Shown here in pieces: positions 37,107-47,785 of a stretch of 64,000 bases of DNA (its first letter is position 1; each line of letters begins with the position of its first letter). Below the pieces are notes generated by a model. That model searched no databases. It was given only the letters and a program-made list of their open reading frames with translations, and was not told the DNA's origin. This DNA comes from Malacoraja senta (lineage: Eukaryota): assembly GCA_038087875.1 (NCBI GenBank), contig JAXLNO010004395.1, forward strand, positions 62,001 to 126,000, read 5' to 3'. Both the position numbers and the translations under genes were made by a program.

Positions 37107-39484
37107 GGCAAAAGGTACAAAACTCCGATAAAGCAACACTTTCAAAGAAATAAAAATCCGATAAACAGGAGGCGCTCGTTTTAACTTGCTGACACCATGT
37201 AAAGATGTTAAGTCTGACTCACTTGTAGCTTTACTTAACGTTTAATGATAACTCAGGTTAAACACGTTCCAGCACTGACTGCACCCAGTCTGTCATCATG
37301 CTGGAACCAGGGGGGAGCAAGAGGGAGAGAGAGTTCTTATACTTGATAACTAAGGCGTGGTTAGTAGTAGTGAGGTAGCTATATTATTGGTTGCATGCAT
37401 AAACCATCTACACTTACCAAATAGTGAAAGGCCTGGATAGAGTGGATGTTGAGAGGATGTTTCCACTAGTGGGAGCATCTCAGCAGAGGGCAAAGCCTCA
37501 CAATTAAAGTACACTCCTTTAGAAAGGAGATGAGGAGGATTTTCTTTATTCAGAGGGTGGTGAATCTGTGGAATTCTGCCACTGAAGGCTGTGGGGGCTG
37601 TCAATGGATATTTTTTTAAGGCAGAGATAGATAGATTCTTCAATAGTACGGGTGTCAGGGGTTATGGGGAGAAGGCAGGAAAATGGGGTTTGGAGGATAG
37701 GATAGATCAGCCATGATAGATGGGACGAATGGCCTAATTCTGTTCCTATCACTTATGATCTTATGAACTTATGATTGAGTAAATAGCTGTCTGTTGTATT
37801 AACAATGACAAAACAAGTATATAGCATGCTAACGTCTTGATAAAACTCATTCAAAAGTATTTTATTAAATGCTCATAATTCAGAAATGACACTGGTGGAT
37901 ATACAATGAAATTCTCGGTTGCACATAAAACACTTCCACAGCTATTACACCACAGCTTTGATAATGAGTATTGTTCCCAGTGCTCTGTAGGGTTAAGAAA
38001 ACACAGCCCCCATACGTTACCGTGTTCCATAAATATTCACAGGACATGGTACTGGGATGTTGTCTATGTGGAGTTTGCATGTTCTCCCTGTGAACATGTG
38101 GGATTTCTCCCGGTGCTCCGGTTTCCTCGCACATCTCAATGATGTGCAGGTTTGTAGGTGAGTTGGCCTTTGTAAAATTGCCCTAGTGTATCGAAAGCGG
38201 ATGTGAAAGAGGGATAACATAGAACTGGTGTGCAAGATGGATGGTATCAACTCGATGAGCTGAAGGCTCTGCATCCATGCTCTATAACTCAACTAAACTA
38301 AGCAATAAGCTGTGGTGTAGAGCGTGGTTCGTATTGAAAACAAAGATCCTTGTTGACTGGCCCATCAAATACTTGAAGCACTGAGTGAAGCATTAAATGC
38401 AAAGGCAATTACTTCTCCACTACACCATCAGGTATGTGAACACGGAATGCAGCTTACAGTATGTGACAAAGAGAAGTGGCAAAATAACTAGGAAGAAACT
38501 GCAGATGCAGGTTTAAACCGAAGATAGGCTCAAAAAGCTGGAGTAACTCAGCGGGTCAAACAGCATTTCTGGAGTCTGAACAAGGATCACATCCCGAAAT
38601 GTCACCTATGTCTTGTATCCAGAGATGCTGTCTGATCCGGTGAGTTTCTCCAGCTTTTTGTGTCTATCTCTGGCAAGATAAGTATATGATGTTTGAGAGG
38701 CTTTTAGATTGACAATCTGATCTGCAGGAAATAGAGGGATATGGATCATGTTGCAGTTGGATGGGATCAGTTTAGCATCTCATCATGTTCACCACAGTCA
38801 TTGTGGGCCAAAGGGCCTCTTCCTGAGATGAACATTTTAATGTTTTATATAAAATAAGATTAGTAATCAGCTGTAAGCCCCCTTGAACAGACTGCATCAT
38901 TCAATAACATTATGTCCAATCTGATTTCGATCAGTTTACTGCATTATTCCTGCAATCTTTGATTCATTTCTGATCTAAAATTCTCTATATCTCAACCTGG
39001 AAAATATTCATTCACCTTGTCTTCACAGCTGGAATAGAAAGTTCAGGCAAATCATACACCTCCTGGAAAATAAATCTTCTTCGTAACTATTTTAAAGAGG
39101 GACCCAACATAGAGGGGCTGCCGAGAACAAAGATAACAAAGAGGGTGCTGGAGTTGGGGGGGGGGGGGGCGGATAACACAGGTGAACCCAACATGGAGGG
39201 GCTGCCGAGAACAAAGAGGGACCATTGGGGACTGTAATGATTACTTTGTAACTGTGTCGACACCCTATACATGGTGACTCTTTGTATGTTAGGCAAAACA
39301 AAGAATTTCACTGTGACATGACACATATGGAAATAAAGTATCAATCAATCAAATAGGCGACCTTTTATTCCAAAATGTGGTGCAATGTATGACTTTGGAA
39401 TCACAGGGTAACTGCAGTGAAGACAGCATTTGAAAAATTAATGGCTGAATGTAAAGCCATCAGTCAGCATTGATACAATAAAGA

Positions 39485-39965
39485 GCATAGAACATAGAAC
39501 AGTACAGCACAAGAACAGGCCCTTTGACCCACAATGTTTGTGCCGAACATGATGCCAAGACCAATTGTTATCTGCTTGCACATAATCCATATCCATCCAT
39601 TCCCTGCATATACATGTGCCTATCTAATAGTCTCTTAAATGCCACTATCATATCTGCTTCCACCTCCACCCCCGGCAGCACATTCCAGTCAATCGCCACC
39701 CTAGCGTAAAACACTTGTCCTGCACATCTTTTTTAAACTTTGCCACTCATTGTAAAGCTGTACCTGCTCTTATTCGATATGGGTAAAAAGTCGGATGGTC
39801 TACCCTATCTCTACTCCTCCCAGTTTGATATATTACTGTCAGGTCTCCCCTCAATCCCCGACATGCCAGAGAAAACAATCCAACTGTCCAGTCTGTCCAA
39901 CTTCTCCCTGTGGCTAATACCCCACTAATCCAGGCATCATTCCGGTGGACCTCCTCTGCATCCCA
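39485..39965 (-). mobile_element. CR1 3' fragment directly following, and overlapping the end of, the TM/cytoplasmic exon (paralogue at 47092-47580)
   Basis: ATGCAGAGGAGGTCCACCGGAATGATGCCTGG corresponds to CR1 VQRRFTRMMPG; (TTCTATG)n tail at 39485-39500. Confidence 0.8.
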
Positions 39966-40157
39966 AAGGAAGCTGATTGTGCTTCATGGTCCTCTCCTGG
40001 TCTCTGCTGTTGTCAGCTGGTCCCTGTTCATTGAAAGGTTTTATCTTTTTCCTCTTATTCCAGCAACCAATTCCAAGGATGATCACCAGGAGAATGAGAG
40101 GAACGATTACAGCTCCAGTCACGATCCTAATCTTTATATCTTCTTTCACTGCCCTCT
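39937..40157 (-). CDS. MHC class I-like transmembrane + cytoplasmic exon, copy A
   Basis: Acceptor ccaacag|AG, phase 1, in frame with the alpha3 exon: ERAVKEDIKIRIVTGAVIVPLILLVIILGIGCWNKRKK...PPE*. A hydrophobic span is followed by a Cys and a basic stop-transfer cluster. Confidence 0.8.
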
Positions 40158-42776
40158 CTGTTGGCATATATAGTGCATTTTAAACATTTATTGATCAATA
40201 ACAACTTTGTAATGATTTTATTATCTAAATTAAACTAGCACTGTTCATATCTAATTACAAAGTAATAAAGTTTTAGATTTATGTATTTATACAGAGGATG
40301 GATGTGCTTAAAATGATCAATGAAAAATCATTAAGCTCATATTAGTATTATGGTATTGAGATTTTATCTGCAGCATTTAATTAAGAATTTAAAGAATCAA
40401 GTACGTCAGAAATAGATGACTATTTGCAGTGTAGAGGTCAACAAGGCCATTTTCTTATGTTGATGATAGTTATTATAGCAAATAAGTGAACCCATTTATA
40501 GTTGATAAAACTTCAAAGGTTTTAAACTTTGCTGATATTTCAATGATAACTGAGAGTTTAATTTTCTCTCTCTCGCTCTCTCTCTCTCTCTCTCGCTCTC
40601 TCGCAACAGGTGCTGCTACTTCAGACTGATAATGGGGTCGGTTATGGCACCACTGTTGGTCTTTTGTGTAACTAACTACTATCAGAAAATTAGCTAGATG
40701 CCCAAGGAAGAAGATAAGAGACCTTGTCCAGGATCAGGCCTATCTTGCTTCCACTGTTCCTACATTTGGATGAGTGAGTTAAGGGTGACATATGAATAAT
40801 TTTGACCATAAGATATTGGAGCAGAATTATGCCTTTCAAGTCCATTGAGTCTAATCCACCATTCAGTCATGGCAGATCGATTTTTATTGCTAAATCCCAT
40901 TCTCCTGCCTTCTCCCTGTAACCTTTGTCACCCGTACTAATCAAGAACCTATCAATCTCTGCTTGAAAAATATGCAATGACGACGCACACAGCTGTTTGT
41001 ATCAATGAATTCCACAGATTCACCACCCTGTGACTAAAGAGATTCCTCCTCATCTCCATATTGAAGGTAGGTATTTTTAGTGTGAGGCTGTGCTAGACTC
41101 TCCCATTACTGAAAACTTCCTTTCCACATCAACTAACCAGGCATTTCATTATCTGGTAGGCAGGGCCGGATTTACATATAAGCAGGACAAGCTTCAGTTT
41201 AGGGCCTCGAGATCTAGGAGGGCCTCGCAGAGCCAGATTTACCACTAGGCTTCATAGGCTGAAACCTCGGGCCCTGAAATGTAGGGGGCCTCCGGCCAAG
41301 GCAGGACACCTGCCGTTCAACTCTGGGCAGCCCCCCTCTCTATCTCTCTCTCCGCCCGCTATCCGCTCTCCGCTCACTCCTCATCCGCCAGCACGGCAGG
41401 CCGCCTTGTACATGTGCATTGCTACGGCCAGCACGTCCTCCCCTGCACATGCGCACAACCACGGCCCGCACATCATCGGCCGCCCTGCGCATGCGCACTG
41501 CCACGGCAACTGGTCAGAGCAGGGCACTTTCTCCCTCGCTTTGAATTGTGGGAGATTTGGCCGCCATTGCTGTCCGGTCGCTGCCTCGCCGCAACCGCTG
41601 AAAACTAACGCAGAATCACTCCCTGACCCTGGATCAGGAGTAACTCCCTGGAGTAACTCTCGCTTCTGTTTTCCTGATCCTCCATAAACATTCTAAAAGG
41701 AATTTAAACTGGAGGTGGTGGAGGGCTGAACAATAACAGCCTATTGCATTTTATCTGTTTATTTATTGTGTATATATATGGTCTATGGTATATAAACACA
41801 CTGAACTTTTATCTCCTGTTCTGTATTATGTTCACATATTCTGTTGTGCTGCAGCAAGCAAGAATTTCATTGTCCTATCTGGGACACATGACAATAAAAC
41901 TCTCTTGATTCTTGACTTGGACTTAAGCAAAAAAGGGTTCTTGGGGGAGAAAGAGGTACCTTAAATTTAGTTGCGTCTGGTTGGGTAATTATGGTAGGGT
42001 GAAGAATATTCCATGCTTTAATTGTGCAGGGGAACTCCACGGAGCAGCCAGCAACTCAGGATAGAAGAAATTGGGTGACGTTTCGGGTAGATACCCTTCT
42101 TTAGACTCCCTCTGGTTTTAGTGTCTTTAGTTTAATTTAAAGATACAGCGTGAAAACAGGCCCTTCAGCCCACCGAGTCCACGCCGACCATTGATCACCC
42201 ATACACTAGTTCTTTCCCACACATTAGCGAAGTAAGTCAAGAGTCAAGAGTGTTTTATTCTCTCACGTCCCAGTTAGAACAATGAAATCCTTACTTGCAG
42301 CGGCACAACAGAATATGTAACCATAGTACTCTGTAAACAATGTTATAAACGAGAAAACAAAACGGTGTATATTTATATATGAATATATAACTATATAAAT
42401 ATATATGTGTGTGTGTGTATAATATATATACCCACACACACACACACAATTTCCCTCCTGGGATTAATAAAGTTCTATTGTATAGTATCGTGTGTGTAGG
42501 AAGGAACTGCAGATGCTGGTTTAAACTGAAGATAGACACAAAAAGCAGGACAATATTAGGAAAATATTACGTTTTGGGTTGGGTCTGAAATAGGTTCCTG
42601 CACATCTTTGGAATGTGGAAGGAAACAAGAGCACCCGAAGAAAACCCATGCGATCAAAGGGAAAGGAGCAAACTCCATACAGACAGCACCCATATTCAGG
42701 ATCAATTCCGGGTCTCTGGAACTTTTAGGCAGCAACTTTATGGCCAATGTACAGCCCCATAGTCTTGAACTTAATT

Positions 42777-43390
42777 AAAACAACAAGTGTAGCATTTCCT
42801 GCAGTTGCAAGGGAAAGTGCCAGGAGAGGGGGTGGTTTGGGTGGGAAGGGACGAATTGACCAGGGAGTTACGGAGGGAGCGGTCTCTACGGAAAGCCAAC
42901 AGGGGAGGAGATGGGAAGATGTGGTCGGTGGTGGGATCCCATTGGTAGACAAAAAAGCTGGAGAAAATCAGCGGGTGAGGCAGCACCTGTGGAGCGAAGG
43001 AATAGACGACGTTTCGGGTCGAGACCCTTCTTCAGATTGATGTCGGGGGGGGGGGGGGGATGACATGAAAAAGAAAGGAAGAGGCGGAGACAGTAGGCTG
43101 TGGGAGAGCTGGGAATGGGAGGGGAAGGAGGGAGAAAGCAAGGACTACCTGAAATTAGAGAAGCCAATGTGCTTACCGCTGGGGTGTAAACTACCCAAGC
43201 AAATATGAGGTGCTGCCCCTCCAATATGCGGTGGGCCTCATTCTGGCCATGGAGGAGGCCCAGGACAGAAAGGTCGGATTTGGAATGGGAGGGGGAGTTG
43301 AAGTGTTGAGCCACCGGGAGAACAGGTTGGTTATTGCGAACTGAGGTGTTGTGCGAAGTGATCACCAAGCCTGCGCTTGGTCTCACCGAG
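42777..43390 (-). mobile_element. Penelope GIY-YIG 3' fragment inside the hAT (paralogue ~54320-54916)
   Basis: PVAQHFNSPSHS, TFPCNCRKCYTC and a terminal repeat with a hammerhead core. Confidence 0.85.
43008..43035 (-). ncRNA. Minimal hammerhead ribozyme core (Penelope type)
   Basis: CTGAAGA-AGGG TCTCGA CCC-GAAAC GTC: CUGANGA, stem II, GAAA, palindromic ACGT helix III and a GUC cleavage triplet. Confidence 0.6.
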
Positions 43391-44551
43391 GTTGATCATA
43401 CGCTGAATAATCCAACCACATTTTTGTTTGGAAGTGGAAAGAAATAATAGAAATTGCATTCATTGCAACGTGTAAAAAGAGTTGAGATACAGTATTATAA
43501 TTTTGCTGCATGTCATTGTGGTATATATCATGTCCTGATTGGTGAATATGTTTAGTTTGTGGCTTTATTTGAAGCAGAAATAATATGTGAATGCTTCATT
43601 GAGCATAATTCTGACTGGTAACTATGCACTTCGGCCAAGCACATTATCGCACGCGCCATGCAAGCCATCTTAAATAACCACCTAAACTGTCATTTGGCAA
43701 CTTAAAAAGCTACCAAGGTTGCCCGGCTGACAACAGAGATAAAAAATTAAGTGAGAGCCCTGCAAGGTGTATAATATTTTTGACACTGTCATAGGCCTTT
43801 CTTACATATGCTGTCACAACGCACTGTAGTCTCTAAACAACCCTTCAGTAATTTTCCTTGCCTTCCATTTCAGAATAATAGTGTTTTAAGCCAATAACTC
43901 GACACAAGCACAGGCAATAAATAAATAAATAAATAAATAAAGCCCAGCTTTCCAGCCCCTTATCTCATTGGCCACGCTCGGCTGCAAATTGGTGTCAATC
44001 TGGTGGACCATCTTCCTCTGGTCGTGGGGGTGGGGGGTTGGGGGGCCTCACAAGTGGAACAGCTTAGGGCCTCTCTTCATCTAAATCCGGCCCTGCTGGT
44101 AGGTTTCAATGAGATTCCCACCTCATCCTTCTAAATCCCATGAGCACAGGCACAGAGACTTCAAACACGCCTCATATGTTAAATCAATCATCCCCAAGAC
44201 ATACATCCTCTGGACCCTCTCCAAAGCCAGCACATCCTTTCTAATATGGAGCCCAAAACTGCTCACAATATTACAAATGTGTCCTCACCAGTGCCCGATA
44301 AACCTCAGCATTATATCATTGTTTTTATATCCTAGGCCCCCCAAAATGAATGCTGGCATTGCATTTGCCTTACTTACCACCGACTCAATCTGCAAATGAA
44401 CTATTTGGGAATCCTGCACTAGTACTCCCACTTTGTAGCTCAGATTTCTGAATTCTCTCCCCATTTAGTAAATAGTCTATGTCTTTATTCTGACTGCCAT
44501 AATGTAAAACCAGACACTTGCTACACTGTATTCCATTTGGCTCTGCTTTGC

Positions 44552-45205
44552 CCACTCGGTGGAACTGCTGCCTTACAGCACCAGAGACCCGGTTCAATTC
44601 TGACTACGGGTCCCGTCTGTACAGAGTTTTGTACCTTCTCCCCGGGACTTGCGTGGGTTTTGCCTGGATCTCCAATTTCCTCCCTCAGTCCAAAGACATA
44701 CAGGTTTGTAGGTTAATTGGCTTGGTATAATTGTAAATTGTCCCATAATAAGTAAGATAATGTAAGTGTGCAGGGATCGCTGGTTGACGCAGACTCGGTG
44801 GGCTGAAGGGCCTGTTTCTGCGCTGTATCTCTTAAACTAAAACCACATTCCATTGACTATCAATAATTCTGGGCAATTAGATAACCACAAATTATTAATG
44901 GGTGGCACAGTGGCGTAGCGGTAGAGCTGCTGCCTTACTGCACCAGAGACATGGGTTTGATACTGACTACAGGTACTGTCTGCAAGGACATTGTATGTTC
45001 TCCCTGTGACTGCTTGGGTTTTCTCCGGGTGCTCCGGTTTCCTCCCACACTCCAAAGAAATACGGGCTTGAGGGTTACTTGGCTTAGGTAAAATTGTAAA
45101 TTGTCCCCAGTGTGTTGGTTAGTGTAAATGTACAGGATGATCACTGTTCAGCAAGGACTCGGTGAGCTGAGGGGCCTGTATCTGCACCATATCTCTAAAG
45201 TTTAA
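44552..45205 (+). mobile_element. Two tandem HE1-like SINEs (paralogues 56036-56690)
   Basis: Head, V-domain and tail motifs. Confidence 0.8.
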
Positions 45206-45307
45206 AATCTAAATCCATAGTTTAGTTAAGAGTGTGAGTTGAGGCTGTTATCTCAGTCCAGGAGGTTTATTGTCTCAAGTGATCAGCCTCATTGACTTGC
45301 CACTTAC

Positions 45308-45568
45308 CCTGTGGAACATTGACTCCCTGCAGCAGAGTTGCATGTTCGATGTAACAGGAGAATTTTGCCACATCTTCTCTACTCAGTTGAATTGTATTCT
45401 TCAGCTGGTAAGTCCCATCCCAATTGGGCAACAGATCACTGGATTCAGACTCACCATCTCTCAGCCACGTTACATCGATGGCCCGTGGGTAGAAGCCTGT
45501 GACAAGGCAGGAGAGTCTCAGTGATTGCGACCCATCACGTTTAATCCCAATAAACACCTCAGGGGTTT
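45308..45568 (-). CDS. MHC class I-like alpha3 (Ig C1-set) exon, copy A
   Basis: ttgcag|AA...CAG G|gtaagt, 261 nt, phase 1/1: ETPEVFIGIKRDGSQSLRLSCLVTGFYPRAIDVTWLRDGESESSDLLPNWDGTYQLKNTIQLSREDVAKFSCYIEHATLLQGVNVPQ. Shows C-x-x-TGFYP, W, LPNxDGTYQ and F/YxC-x-x-x-H. Confidence 0.9.
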
Positions 45569-47551
45569 CTGCAAGTGTAAGAAGTGTCAGAATCAGTGAA
45601 GACATGAACAAAAGCCTTCAATTGTAAGATCACTGCAACTCACCACTTTCCCAATCAGAGTTTTTTCTCCAGCTGAACAAAGTTTCCAGCCTAGACCCAA
45701 AATGCTGGAATAACTCAGCAGGTCAGGCAGCATCTCTGGAGAGAAGGAATGCCCAGAGATGCTATCTGACCCACTGAGTTACTCCAACATCTTCTATCTT
45801 CGGTGTAAACCAGCATCTGCAGTTCTATCTTGCACAACGTTTACAGCCTTTTCTCTTTTCATTTTGCATTTCTGGCAAAACAACAAAACATTTAGTTTTA
45901 ATACAACTGACATGCTCCTTATCTTAGCTCCAGACTTTAACTGACAGCGCAGATGAAAGGGGAATGCAGGGCCTAATGGAGGAGTATAACTCACCATTGG
46001 GATTGATACTGTAGACATGATTGCTTCTACTTGTTCATGAATCTGCTGAATAATAACACTAAATATTCCAAGAGGGAATGGGAGGAAGACGTTCTTCAAA
46101 TAGAGAACTGTTGGAAATTGAATGTCACCATCCCAAGGAGTAATAGAGGCAAATAGAGAATCTGATTGGGTTTCTGATCAGCACAGCAACAGACCCTTCA
46201 GGCACAAGGTCAATGCTAAACATAAGACCAAGATACATATTCCTCCATTTCCTGGATATCTATATGACTGTGGATAGAGGACACTGGTACAATATTTATT
46301 TTCACTTGCACTTCCTACCCACTGGCTCCATCTAAGAGGCACGTTGCCAGACAATTTACTGATACCCTCGCCCAAGAACAGGGTGGCGAAGCGGTCGAGC
46401 TACTGCCTTACAGCGCCAGAGACCTGGGTTTGTTACTAACTAACGGGTGCTTGTTTTTACACATGTTCACCACAGTCATTGTGGGCCAAATGGTCTCTTC
46501 CCGAGATGAACATTTTAATGTTTTATATAAAATAAGATGAGTAATCAGCTGTAAGCCCCCTTGAACAGACTGCATCATTCAATAACATTATGTCCAATCT
46601 GATTTCGATCAGTTTACTGCATTATTCCTGCAATCTTTGATTCATTTCTGGTCTAAAATTCTCTATATCTCAACGTGGAAAATATTCATGCACCTTGTCT
46701 CTGCAGCTGGAATAGAAAGTTCAGGCAAATCATACACCTCCTGGAAAATAAATCTTCTTCGTAACTATTTTAAAGAGGGACCCAACATGGAGGGGCTGCC
46801 GAGAACAAAGAGGGACCATTGGGGACTGTAATGATTACTTTGTAACTGTGTCGACACCCTATACATGATGACTCTTTCTATACCTTGTGTATGTTATGCA
46901 AAGCAAAGAATCTCACTGTGACATGTCACATGTGATAATAAAGTATCAATCAGTCAAATAGGCGACCTTTTATTCCAAAATGTGGCGCAATGTATCACTT
47001 TGGAATCACAGGGTAACTGCAGTGAAGACAGCACTTGAAAAATTAATGGCTTAATGTAAAGCCATCAGTCAGCATTGATACAATAAATAGCATAGAACAT
47101 AGAACAGTACAGCACAAGAACAGGCCCTTTGACCCACAATGTTTGTGCCGAACATGATGCCAAGACCAATTGTTATCTGCTTGCACATAATCCATATCCA
47201 TCCATTCCCTGCATATACATGTGCCTATCTAAAAGTCTCTTAAATTCCACTATCATATCTGCTTCCACCACCACCCCTAGCAGCACATTCCAGTCACTCG
47301 CCACCCTTGGCGTAAAACACTTGTCCTGCACATCTTTTTTTAACTTTGCCACTCATTGTAAAGCAATACCTGCTCTTATTTGATATTTCCTTCCTGGGTA
47401 AAAAGTCAGATGGTCTACCCTATCTCTACTCCTCCCAGTTTGATATATTACTGTCAGGTCTCCCCTCAATCCCCGACATTCCAGAGAAAACAATCCAACT
47501 GTCCAGTCTGTCCAACATCTCCCTGTGGCTAATACCCCACTAATCCAGGCA

Positions 47552-47772
47552 TCATTCCGGTGGACCTCCTCTGCATCCCAAAGGAAGCTGATTGTGCTTC
47601 ATGGTCCTCTCCTGGTCTCTGCTGTTGTCAGCTGGTCCCTGTTCATTGAAAGGTTTTCTCTTTTTCCTCTTCTTCCAGCAACCAATTCCAAGGATGATCC
47701 CCAGGAGAATGAGGGGAACAATTACAGCTCCAGTCACGATCCTAATCTTCATATCTTCTTTCACTGCCCTCT
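47552..47772 (-). CDS. MHC class I-like TM + cytoplasmic exon, copy B
   Basis: 221 nt, 6 substitutions versus copy A (counted by eye), frame intact. Confidence 0.8.
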
Positions 47773-47785
47773 CTGTTGGCATATA

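Larger units (their letters stand above)
34650..37412 (-). mobile_element. Gypsy/Ty3 LTR retrotransposon, internally deleted (gag + integrase only)
   Basis: TG...CA LTRs at 34650-34868 and 37198-37412; 5-bp TSD CTTAC; PBS TGGTGTCAG (tRNA-Leu-like) at 37189-37197; PPT AAGGGGAAGGA at 34869-34879; inserted in a CR1 fragment. Confidence 0.95.
41161..44095. mobile_element. Non-autonomous hAT (Tip100-like), copy A
   Basis: TIRs CAGGGCCGGATTT / AAATCCGGCCCTG and a perfect 8-bp TSD CTGGTAGG. Contains Rex tails, a SINE fragment and a Penelope fragment. Confidence 0.92.
38784..45495. repeat. Tandem segmental duplication, copy A
   Basis: Collinear with 46462-56986 once the Tc1 and L1 insertions are removed; about 3-6% divergence in sampled non-coding stretches. 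Confidence 0.95.

Noticed and set aside
39937-45568. Assignment as MHC class II beta or W-category beta chain
   Set aside because: The domain has DGTYQ rather than class II GDWTYQ, and the TM lacks the glycine dimerisation pattern. Not formally excluded without a phylogeny.
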